Of a DNA stretch of 64,000 bases, positions 49,648 through 58,375 are shown one piece after another. Made by a program: the position numbers and the translations under genes. This DNA is from Candidatus Melainabacteria bacterium 17Bon1m. GTDB taxonomy: Bacteria; Cyanobacteriota; Vampirovibrionia; Obscuribacterales; Obscuribacteraceae. The stretch lies in the NCBI GenBank assembly GCA_032128875.1, contig JAVLKG010000004.1, positions 576,001 to 640,000 on the forward strand, written 5' to 3'. The first letter of the stretch is position 1. The number at the start of each line of letters is the position of its first letter. The notes under the pieces were generated by a model that was given only the letters and a program-made list of their open reading frames with translations, did not search any database and was not told the origin of the DNA.

Positions 49648-49956
49648 ATGAAAGCTGTTTTCTCGATGATGTTGCTGGTTGTAGGTTTTGGAACCTTCAC
49701 CTCGCAGGCTCAAGCTCAAGAAGGTTTCCTGCCACGCGGTGGTTGGGACGGCAACAACCTCAGAATCTCCGTAACCCAATCCAAATTAATTTCGCCCCAA
49801 ACTTCGATTCGCGGTGGCGGCTGGGATCTTAATAACTGCAGAGTCTCTGCCAACCACACCAAACTCATCCCGCAAACCGAGACCCTCGTGGGTGGATGGG
49901 ACCGCAATAACTGCAGAATTTCTGCAGGTCACAGCAAATTACTCCAAGCACAGTAA
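49648..49956 (+). CDS. small exported protein with three GGWDxNNxR(I/V)S repeats
   Basis: gaggtg RBS, signal peptide ending AQA, repeats of 25-26 aa. Confidence 0.85.
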   Translation: MKAVFSMMLLVVGFGTFTSQAQAQEGFLPRGGWDGNNLRISVTQSKLISPQTSIRGGGWDLNNCRVSANHTKLIPQTETLVGGWDRNNCRISAGHSKLLQAQ

Positions 49957-50070
49957 TACGAACTAGAAAGAGGGCACCTGTTTCAGCGCATGGGCGCTGG
50001 TTCTAGGTGGGCACGACCTCGATCTGTGGTGTCACTGCCGGACTGACATTGAATCCATTGAGGGGTGGGT

Positions 50071-51627
50071 TCATTGCTCACCGGCAGATGAGCCATTTTT
50101 GGCGTTTTTCAGCCTGTCCAAAATTGCCTTGCAGTCAGGATTTTCTTGTTGAGATGCAGGCAAAGCCTCAATTGCTGTTGCTGCCTTTTTGAGCATGACG
50201 AAGCTTTCCGCCTCCTGATTCATGCGGTGCAAAAGCTCCGACAGATTAGCGAGACTGGTCGCATACGAAACGCTATTGCCGGTTTTCAATTTTTCCCTGA
50301 TGGCTAATACAAAAGTCTGGCGCGCATTTTCCAGCTCATTGCTTTCTGCGTACATATAACCGAGTTCATCCAGAGCATCAGCTAAATCCGGATCCGGATG
50401 CTGCGCAGCTGCGGTGTATATTGCGATACTGCGTTGAAGCAATTGCCTCCCCGCCTTTTTATTTCCAGCTGCAGATTCAATCTGAGCAAGCGATCTCAAA
50501 CCGCCTGCGTACTCGCGACTGGCTACACCGAAGGATAGCTTCCTTATGAAATTCGCTTCGATTTGGGTATCACGTGCCAAATCAAATTGCTTGTCCGCGC
50601 AAAGTGCGTTGGCATAATCATCGCGGTACTGAGCCAGGTCCGGATTCTTGTTGCCGAGCACAGTCTTGCCACTTTCCACCGCGTTTTTCAGGAGCTCCAG
50701 TGCTCGTTTGGTATCTCCTGTCGCCAGTAAAACAACCCCGAGATTCGCGGATGAAGAGAGGGTCTCCGGGTGGTTTGCTCCAAGCTTGCTCATCCGAATT
50801 TCCTGGGCTTCTTCAAGATGCTCGAGGGCCGATCTTAAATCGCCCATTTTGTATTCAACACAACCCAAATCGAGATATGAATTCGCAACATCAGGATGAT
50901 TCTCACCGCCAATCTCAAGGCGCTGCTTAAGCCCGTCTTGGAGAATCGGCAAAGCCTTCTGATAGTCACCCATCCAAAAATACAGAGCACCCAAATTGTT
51001 CGTAGCTGTTGCCAGCAAAAGTTTTTGCGAACCATTCTTTAAAATCGGCAATGCGCTTTCCAGCTCTGCCAGGGCTTCTTTGTACTTTCCTTGTTGTCTC
51101 AGAGCATTTGCCAAAACCACCTGATGCATCGCTTGGTTCTCTTTGCCGAGACCGCCTTCAAGCGAGTAGCTCATGGCCTTGCGTGCGTTTTTCTCGGACT
51201 CTGAGAATTCGCCGGCACTATTATTGAAAAGCGCTAGATAGTTATATGCGGCCGAAAGCCGAAGCGGGTCGGTCGTTTTTTGCTTTTCCAAAGCGGAGAC
51301 ACCGCGCATAATCCAGCTTCTTGCCTCAGGATACAGACCTTCTAGTCTGTACACATTGCCCATTAAAATCCACGACTCCGGCAAGCGATTCTTATCAGAG
51401 CTCTGGTTAAGCGCAATGTCTTCTTCGAGCTTTGATTTAGCGTGCTCGAAATTGCAAGCCTCTGCATATTCCATGGCCGCTTCGCGAAGCGCATCAGAAT
51501 CTGACTTTTGAGTTTGTGTGTGAACAGTCGCGCTCTCTAAAGTCTCTGCTGAGGTAGCGGCGAAGACAGGCTTTTGGGAGAAACAGCTGAAACTTGCAAC
51601 CAATAAACCAATTGCCAAAGAGACCAT
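50071..51627 (-). CDS. exported TPR protein (kinesin-light-chain-like repeats)
   Basis: G.NHPDVANSY.DLG, LGANHPETLSS.ANLG, LGNKNPDLA repeats; signal peptide after ATG 51627. Confidence 0.9.
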   Translation of the reverse strand: MVSLAIGLLVASFSCFSQKPVFAATSAETLESATVHTQTQKSDSDALREAAMEYAEACNFEHAKSKLEEDIALNQSSDKNRLPESWILMGNVYRLEGLYPEARSWIMRGVSALEKQKTTDPLRLSAAYNYLALFNNSAGEFSESEKNARKAMSYSLEGGLGKENQAMHQVVLANALRQQGKYKEALAELESALPILKNGSQKLLLATATNNLGALYFWMGDYQKALPILQDGLKQRLEIGGENHPDVANSYLDLGCVEYKMGDLRSALEHLEEAQEIRMSKLGANHPETLSSSANLGVVLLATGDTKRALELLKNAVESGKTVLGNKNPDLAQYRDDYANALCADKQFDLARDTQIEANFIRKLSFGVASREYAGGLRSLAQIESAAGNKKAGRQLLQRSIAIYTAAAQHPDPDLADALDELGYMYAESNELENARQTFVLAIREKLKTGNSVSYATSLANLSELLHRMNQEAESFVMLKKAATAIEALPASQQENPDCKAILDRLKNAKNGSSAGEQ

Positions 51628-51691
51628 AAGGGATGCCCTTGTCGGGCACCCCTCATTTTGAACTCGTGAAACCGTAAGCTCGCGCTTACAA

Positions 51692-52951
51692 TTACATGTT
51701 TGAGATGATTGCATCGCCGAATTCGCTTGTCTTCAGCTTGGTAGCTCCGCTCATCAAGCGCTCGAGGTCATAGGTGACCTTCTTCTGCTGGATGGTCTTC
51801 GCCAATCCTTCGTGAATCAAGTTGCAAGCTTCGGTCCAGCCCATGTACTCAAGCATCATTGCGCCGGAAAGAATTACCGAACCCGGGTTGATGACGTCTT
51901 TGTCAGCGTACTTGGGTGCAGTGCCGTGTGTGGCTTCGAAGATAGCGCAATCGTCGCCGATGTTGGCGCCAGGGGCGATACCGAGTCCGCCTACTTGAGC
52001 GGCGCACGCATCAGAGAGATAGTCTCCGTTCAAGTTGGTGGTGGCGAGAACCGAGTATTCATCCGGTCTGGTCAACACTTGTTGGAACATAGAGTCAGCG
52101 ATTCTGTCGTTGAGAAGAATCTTGTCGGCTGGCATTTTGCCATCCATCTTGTCCCAGAGGGTTTCTTCGCTAACGATTTTGGATTTGAAAGGCTCTTCGC
52201 CTGCAGCCAATTCATAACCCCAGTCTCTGAAAGCACCTTCAGTGAACTTTTGGATGTTGCCTTTGTGAACCATGGTGACGCTCTTCTTGCCGCGTGCGAT
52301 GGCGTATTCCATTGCACGCTTGATCAAGCGTTGCGAGCCGAATTTGGAAATTGGCTTGATGCCGATACCGGAATCCGGACGCACTTTCTTGCCGAGGCTC
52401 TCGCAGAGGTCGATGAACTTCTTAGCTTCCGGCGAACCAGCGACGTACTCGATACCGGAGTATACGTCTTCAGTGTTTTCACGGAAGATAACAACATCGA
52501 GCTTCTCAGGTGCCACTACTGGTGAAGGCACACCCTTGAAGTAGCGAACCGGACGTACGCAGCAATACAGATCGAAGATCTGACGGAGTGAAACGTTCAA
52601 GCTGCGGATGCCACCACCAACCGGGGTGGTCAACGGTCCTTTGATACCTACGCCGAACTCTTTGAGAGCGGCCAGGGTGTCTTCAGGAAGCCATTCGCCA
52701 GTTTGATCCTTTGCTTTTTCACCAGCATAGACTTCAAACCATTTGATGGACTTCTCTTCACCGTACGCTTTCTTGACAGCAGCGTCGATTACTCTTACCG
52801 ATGCTTTCCAAATGTCGCGACCAGTCCCGTCTCCTTCGATAAAAGGAATGATGGGGTGGTTGGGGGTAATCGGCTTGCCGTCCTTGAAGGTGATCTTCTC
52901 GCCTTGCGGAACTTTGAGGCCGTTGTAAGTCTTATCAATCACTTGTCCCAT
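51692..52951 (-). CDS. icd: NADP-dependent isocitrate dehydrogenase
   Basis: [62 protein letters not shown]. Confidence 0.98.
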   Translation of the reverse strand: MGQVIDKTYNGLKVPQGEKITFKDGKPITPNHPIIPFIEGDGTGRDIWKASVRVIDAAVKKAYGEEKSIKWFEVYAGEKAKDQTGEWLPEDTLAALKEFGVGIKGPLTTPVGGGIRSLNVSLRQIFDLYCCVRPVRYFKGVPSPVVAPEKLDVVIFRENTEDVYSGIEYVAGSPEAKKFIDLCESLGKKVRPDSGIGIKPISKFGSQRLIKRAMEYAIARGKKSVTMVHKGNIQKFTEGAFRDWGYELAAGEEPFKSKIVSEETLWDKMDGKMPADKILLNDRIADSMFQQVLTRPDEYSVLATTNLNGDYLSDACAAQVGGLGIAPGANIGDDCAIFEATHGTAPKYADKDVINPGSVILSGAMMLEYMGWTEACNLIHEGLAKTIQQKKVTYDLERLMSGATKLKTSEFGDAIISNM

Positions 52952-53205
52952 TGTTTCACCCTTATTTCCACGCTTACTCAAAATAGATGACACCGAATCA
53001 AAGGCGGCAGAAGCTCGTCCTCGGTTCGATTTCAAGGAATGAGAATAACACCGGATCTCCTACAACCCAGAAACCGCAAGCAAATGATCCGTTTTTGATT
53101 ACATTGCCAAGAAGATGAAAACATCATAATTTCCTGCACTGGCCGCGCTTTGCGGATAAATTTGGTTGCGGGGAGAGCCAACTTCACCGGCTTAATGGTC
53201 GGCTG

Positions 53206-53233
53206 GAAAAAAGACGGTTAACGGTCTTTTTTC
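53206..53233. promoter_or_regulatory. 28-bp near-perfect palindrome, candidate operator
   Basis: gaaaaaagac-g-gttaac-g-gtcttttttc, about 50 bp upstream of the acyl-CoA ligase start. Confidence 0.6.
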
Positions 53234-53282
53234 TAAGTCCATAAGTTTGCTCTGAAAAGTACCAGTTGCCAGGAGAAATGAC

Positions 53283-54869
53283 GTGGATCTTGCTCTTTCA
53301 CTCAGGCGTGCGGTTTCGCTCTACGGGCATCACGAAGCCATTTGCGACCAGGACATCAGGTACACATATCGGCAGTTTGGAGAAAGGGTGGCTGCGCTCA
53401 GCAAAGGACTGTCCAAGCTTGGCGTGAAAAAGGGCGAAACCGTAGCGATAGTTTGCCCAAACACGCACCACTACATGGAAGCCTATTACGCCTGTGCTGT
53501 AGCCGGTATCGTCTTGAACCCCTTGAATTTCCGGCTGGCGGCTAAGGAAATTTCGACAATTCTTGCTGACAGCAGTGCAAGGGCGATAATCGTTCATCAC
53601 GACTTTGCAGATCTCTTTAAAAGCGCGATGTCCTACGGTGACATTGCCGGATTTGACCACCTTATCTACATCGGCGAAGGCGCGCTTGATAGCAAACTGA
53701 AGCAGCAGGCATATGAAGCCGTAATCAAAAGCAATGACGGCGCCGAATTACCGGATATTGCAATCAACGGCTCTGATTTGGCTCAGCTGTACTACACGAG
53801 TGGAACAACCGGCCGAGCGAAAGGAGTAATGCTCACGCAGGAGAATGTTACATCTCACGCTTTGGCTTCCATTCCAGAATTTGAACTAAGCGATGCTGAC
53901 ACCTGGGCTCATATTGGTCCACTTTTCCATCTTGTCGATGCATGGGCAGTGTTTGCAGGTACTTGGGTAGGAGCCCGCCATGTATTTGCTCCTTACTTTA
54001 GAGCAGAAGAGGTTCTAGATCTTTTCCAAAAGGAAAAGGTGACAAAGACCGCTCTTGTTCCCACCATGCTGAATGCACTCTTGAATGAACCATCGGTAAA
54101 AGACCGTTCTTTCCCAACTTTGGAAGTAATTACCACTGCAGGCTCACCCGTCGCACCAGAAATCGTGAAGCGCACATGTGAAACATTCGGCTGCCAATAC
54201 TGGCAATTTTATGGAATGACAGAATGCAGTCCTCTGCTCACCATCAGCAAGCCAAAATCAAGCATGAAGGTTTGGCCCGCTGAAAAACTGCTTGCAGTCA
54301 CTAGTAGAACAGGTCGGACTGTTATTGGAGTAGAACTAAAAGTCGTAAAAGACGATGGCTCTGAAGTAGCGCGCGACGACCAAGAAGTCGGTGAGATTGT
54401 TGTGCGTGGACCATCAATAACCCCAGGATATTGGAAGCAACCGGAAGCCACGAGCGCCACAATCGTTGATGGTTGGCTGCACACCGGAGACCTTGCCGTG
54501 GTCGATTCAGAAGGATATGTGAATATTGTCGATCGCAAGAAAGACATGATTATTACCGGCGGTGAAAATGTTTTTTCAACAGAAGTCGAATATTGTTTGT
54601 ACGAACATCCGGATATCGTAGAATGCGCAGTCTTTGGAATCCCTGATAAAGACTGGGGAGAGAAGGTCAAAGCGGTCATCGTGAAACGTGAGGGTTCTTC
54701 AATCGCAGAAGCCGATGTGATTGCTTATGTGCGAACAAAATTAGCTGCGTACAAGGCTCCACGCAGTGTAGATTTCCTGGAAGCATTGCCTAAAACAGGT
54801 AGCGGCAAGATCTACAAGAAAGGCTTGCGAGATCCCTATTGGGAAAAACAAGGCAAGCACATCAACTAA
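53283..54869 (+). CDS. long-chain-fatty-acid--CoA ligase
   Basis: YTSGTTGRAKG, YGMTE, GWLHTGD, IVDRKKDMIITGGENV, LPKTGSGKI. Confidence 0.95.
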   Translation: MDLALSLRRAVSLYGHHEAICDQDIRYTYRQFGERVAALSKGLSKLGVKKGETVAIVCPNTHHYMEAYYACAVAGIVLNPLNFRLAAKEISTILADSSARAIIVHHDFADLFKSAMSYGDIAGFDHLIYIGEGALDSKLKQQAYEAVIKSNDGAELPDIAINGSDLAQLYYTSGTTGRAKGVMLTQENVTSHALASIPEFELSDADTWAHIGPLFHLVDAWAVFAGTWVGARHVFAPYFRAEEVLDLFQKEKVTKTALVPTMLNALLNEPSVKDRSFPTLEVITTAGSPVAPEIVKRTCETFGCQYWQFYGMTECSPLLTISKPKSSMKVWPAEKLLAVTSRTGRTVIGVELKVVKDDGSEVARDDQEVGEIVVRGPSITPGYWKQPEATSATIVDGWLHTGDLAVVDSEGYVNIVDRKKDMIITGGENVFSTEVEYCLYEHPDIVECAVFGIPDKDWGEKVKAVIVKREGSSIAEADVIAYVRTKLAAYKAPRSVDFLEALPKTGSGKIYKKGLRDPYWEKQGKHIN

Positions 54870-54884
54870 CTTAGGAAAGAAACG

Positions 54885-55505
54885 ATGCCTGAGATAGATC
54901 CAGAAAACCTGGCCGAAAGGACAGTTTTGCATGAAGGGTTGGAGCAGAATGGATCACACGCAGACTTGCCGGCCGCTGAGATTGCGAAGAACTCGCTTGC
55001 AGACAGCAAAGAAAGTGCCCAAGTTTCAACTTTTCGCCCCAGCAATAGAAGCACGACAGCCAGTCGAGATTTCAACACAATAGATATCGATAGTCCTTTC
55101 GTTCATTTCACTACAGCTTCAGTGCTTTTCGTGCTTCTCATTGCAGTAAGTGTTTCATTCGTCGCATCAACCTATGCTTGGCCAACACAACTGTCCTGGC
55201 CGATTGCCGACGGTCAAGTGAAAAAAATAGAAGTACGTGGCAAGCGTGCAGCTCGTTTTTATTATGACTATTCAATTGGCAACAGGACCTTTGAGGGAAT
55301 GAATCTCAAATCAGATTCACTTGAACACACAATCAAAGTAGGGGACAGAGTCCACGTACGCTACAATCCGAACGACACCCGCGAATCGGTCATGGAGGGA
55401 GGATTTAACGTATTGGAGACGCCATTTTATCTCCTCGTTTGTTGCGGACTGTTTTTAGCGTTCATAGTCTACTTTGGCAAAGGTCTACGAAAACTTCGCT
55501 CCTAA
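54885..55505 (+). CDS. DUF3592-like membrane protein
   Basis: TM - SWP..DGQV - Y.YSIG..FEG - VGDRVHVRYNPNDTRES - TM. Confidence 0.75.
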   Translation: MPEIDPENLAERTVLHEGLEQNGSHADLPAAEIAKNSLADSKESAQVSTFRPSNRSTTASRDFNTIDIDSPFVHFTTASVLFVLLIAVSVSFVASTYAWPTQLSWPIADGQVKKIEVRGKRAARFYYDYSIGNRTFEGMNLKSDSLEHTIKVGDRVHVRYNPNDTRESVMEGGFNVLETPFYLLVCCGLFLAFIVYFGKGLRKLRS

Positions 55506-56675
55506 AACCGCAACTTTCTCAAGCCGCTCAACCTCCTCTCTTGTCAGACCAAGGCCACATAAAACTTCCATTGAATCGTGAGACTTGTCGTCACGTGCCA
55601 CAACATCATTTTCGTCTCTGTTGAAAACAGGCGTTGTCATCTGAGGTACGGCGCCAAGAACTGGATGTGTAGCGTTTACCAATAATTTTCTCTCTTTTGT
55701 GGGCAAGGTGGAAAGTGCCTCCTGCAGAGTATTTACAGGTGACACGCAGCAATCGCTACCATCGAAAATGACATTCCATTCCGCCAGAGTTTTCTTCTCA
55801 ATTTCGCCGGCGAGCGTCGCTTTTAAGTCATGATCTTCTGGTTTTACTATTTTCGGCTTTAAGTCTTCGCGACCAATTAAAGTGCAAAATTTCTCCCAGA
55901 AGGGACGTTCCAGCGATGCGACCGCTAGATATCTGTCATCTTTGCACTTGTATAGACAATAATTAGGCATTTCATTTGGATAGTTGAATCCACCTATAAC
56001 CGGATCAACACCCGTGTACAACAGACCGGTAGTGAGAATGTTCAGAGTGGAAAGCGAGCATTCGAACATACTTATATCAATATGCTTTCCTTTGCCGGTT
56101 GTTTCACGCTCCATCAAATGAGCACTTACAGCGAGTGCACCATAAAGCGCCGACATGTAGTCACTGACGAGTATGCCTGGTAAAGTTGGCGAACCATCAG
56201 GGTTTTTATGTTGGTTTAGAACACCAGACTCCGCGACGAAATTAAGATCGTGACCGGGTCTTTGACTCCATTGGCTTTTCTGTCCATAACCGGAAATCGA
56301 AAGAAAGATCAAACGTGGATTGATTTCAGAAAGTTGTTCAAAGCCGATACCAAGCCGCTCCATGACCTCCGGACGGAAGTTCTCTACGACAACATCAACT
56401 TCTTTTATAAGTCGATGAATTAGTTGCACTCCTTGCGTTTTTTTCAAATCAATCGAAAGACGTTTCTTATTTCTGTGCAAACTCCAATAGTACAAACTCT
56501 CTCCGTCGACGACTGGCGGAAGCCGCTTGCCGAGACCGGGTTCAAGAGGTTCTATCCGTATGACCTGCATGCCCATGTCGGACAGAATTGTCGAACACAA
56601 TTCACCTGGCAGCAGATGTGCAAAATCGAGAACCTTGAACTTCGAAAGAGTAGTGGTGTTCACAGTGTTTTCCAA
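55485..56675 (-). CDS. CaiB/BaiF (family III) CoA-transferase
   Basis: VLDFAHLLPG, RNKKRLSIDLK, VENFRPEVMERLG, SISGYGQ, PGHDLNF. Confidence 0.95.
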   Translation of the reverse strand: MENTVNTTTLSKFKVLDFAHLLPGELCSTILSDMGMQVIRIEPLEPGLGKRLPPVVDGESLYYWSLHRNKKRLSIDLKKTQGVQLIHRLIKEVDVVVENFRPEVMERLGIGFEQLSEINPRLIFLSISGYGQKSQWSQRPGHDLNFVAESGVLNQHKNPDGSPTLPGILVSDYMSALYGALAVSAHLMERETTGKGKHIDISMFECSLSTLNILTTGLLYTGVDPVIGGFNYPNEMPNYCLYKCKDDRYLAVASLERPFWEKFCTLIGREDLKPKIVKPEDHDLKATLAGEIEKKTLAEWNVIFDGSDCCVSPVNTLQEALSTLPTKERKLLVNATHPVLGAVPQMTTPVFNRDENDVVARDDKSHDSMEVLCGLGLTREEVERLEKVAVLGAKFS

Positions 56676-56744
56676 TTGAATTTCATACAGTTTGCGGTTA
56701 GAGTCGCTATTATCCCACTAGCATGTCTTCGGTGTTTTCAAGTA

Positions 56745-57035
56745 ATGACAAAGAAAATTACAAAGGGCAGGAAGCGAAAGACAGTCTTTAATGAGCCGCT
56801 GAAGCCATTGCCAGAAGAGGATCGCTATACGGATGCCCCACTCTTTGGACTAGGGAAAGTTTTTCGGATTTTTGATCGCGTTCCGCCATGGGTAATAGCC
56901 GGACAGGGGTTGGTCGTTTCTGCAATCATCTGCTGGTTTGTTGGAAAGTCAGACGCACTCGTATGTACGACCATCGCAATTGGCAGCATTCTCATCTGGG
57001 GCTCAGTCTATGTGGTACTTAAGCGAAAAGAGTGA
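56745..57035 (+). CDS. small two-TM membrane protein
   Basis: MTKKITKGRKRK... with two hydrophobic helices; non-overlapping 3' part of ORF 56424-57035. Confidence 0.65.
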   Translation: MTKKITKGRKRKTVFNEPLKPLPEEDRYTDAPLFGLGKVFRIFDRVPPWVIAGQGLVVSAIICWFVGKSDALVCTTIAIGSILIWGSVYVVLKRKE

Positions 57036-57101
57036 AAACTCCACCGGCTGAGTCATGTCAGATTCAAAAGTTAAGCTATAGTTAGTAGTAGTCTGGCTCA
57101 G

Positions 57102-58364
57102 ATGAGGCTGACATTGAACCGAACACACTTACTGCTTGCTTCCACACTTTCACTGCTCTTTAGCGGAGCGGCATCTTATGCCTCAGAAACGGAAACCTCG
57201 CAGAGTGCCGCCAACCCACATGACGCTTTGGTTTTGATTGAAGAAGGCGATCGGCAATTCCATGCGGATAATCTGAGCGAAGCAATAGCCACCTACAGGA
57301 AAGCTGCGCACGCAGCTCCCCTCAACTCAACTGCACATGAGCGCCTGGCACGCGCCCTCAGCCTCAATGACTCGATGAGAGAGGCGGAGCAAGAAGCAAA
57401 GCAAGCGATAACCTTGGATGGCAAAAACTCATTAGCACATACTTGGTATGGCTGGATCTTGGGCCGGCAGGGCAAATACAAGGCTGCTTTGGCAGAGGAA
57501 ACTGTTGCTGTCGATCTCGATGAAAAAAATGCATTTGCTTATCAAACAATGGGTTTGATACTGACGAGCACTGGCGACTACAACCAGGCTATAAGGGCTT
57601 ACGAGCGAGCGATTCGGCTGGACCCTGATGATTTGGGGTCTTATTTGAATATGGCCGCTGCAATGGGTCGCAAAGGTGACTACGCCGGTGCTGCCAGCGT
57701 GTATCGAAAAGCCATTACGCTGAATAGGCGTTCTTCTCTAGCGCATTTGGGCTTGGGGTCTGCCCTGGGTAAGATTGGCGACCTCGATGGGCAAGTTAAA
57801 GAACTTCAGACCGCAGTGGCACTGTCACCGAAGAGTGCCAATGCGCACGGCAGACTTGGCTTTGCGTACTCTCAAAAGAAAGACTTCCGAAGCGCAATGC
57901 GCGAAGGGATTGTGGCTTCTGTCCTCCGCGTGGAAAACTCTTGGAGTTCCTTCATGCGTGCCATGATCACAACCTGGGCGGCTGTATTCTTAGTCTTCGG
58001 CGCCATTTTTGCATTCGTGTTTTTTGGCTCGCGATTCAAGCCGCAACCGGGAGAAGAAGTTCTAAAATCATATTTTTTGATCTTTCACAAAGACAGACCG
58101 GGACGCTTTATTATCACTTCTCGAAGACTAGTTTATGTTCCGGAAGCCGTTTCCCAGTGGTTTGGCGCCACCCGAATGAGTATCGAAAGAGAGCAAGTCG
58201 AGAGGATTGTTTCGACCAGCAGCGTCAGCGGCGGAGCAATAAGCATCGCCACCAAAGATGGTGTCACGCACAAATTCTCAATGCCAAATCTTGTGCTGGA
58301 CCCACTGTCGAAAAAACTTGATTCACTCAATTTAGGAACACCAACGGATCTAGTTTCTGCTTAA
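57102..58364 (+). CDS. TPR-repeat membrane protein with C-terminal PH/GRAM-like domain
   Basis: Signal peptide, about 7 TPRs, TM helix, then QPGEEVL..GRFIITSRRLVY (PH-like pattern). Confidence 0.85.
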   Translation: MRLTLNRTHLLLASTLSLLFSGAASYASETETSQSAANPHDALVLIEEGDRQFHADNLSEAIATYRKAAHAAPLNSTAHERLARALSLNDSMREAEQEAKQAITLDGKNSLAHTWYGWILGRQGKYKAALAEETVAVDLDEKNAFAYQTMGLILTSTGDYNQAIRAYERAIRLDPDDLGSYLNMAAAMGRKGDYAGAASVYRKAITLNRRSSLAHLGLGSALGKIGDLDGQVKELQTAVALSPKSANAHGRLGFAYSQKKDFRSAMREGIVASVLRVENSWSSFMRAMITTWAAVFLVFGAIFAFVFFGSRFKPQPGEEVLKSYFLIFHKDRPGRFIITSRRLVYVPEAVSQWFGATRMSIEREQVERIVSTSSVSGGAISIATKDGVTHKFSMPNLVLDPLSKKLDSLNLGTPTDLVSA

Positions 58365-58375
58365 GCAAATTGATG

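Noticed and set aside
56424-56744. 5' extension of the 203-aa ORF
   Set aside because: It overlaps the CaiB gene antisense; only the part from ATG 56745 looks like a real protein
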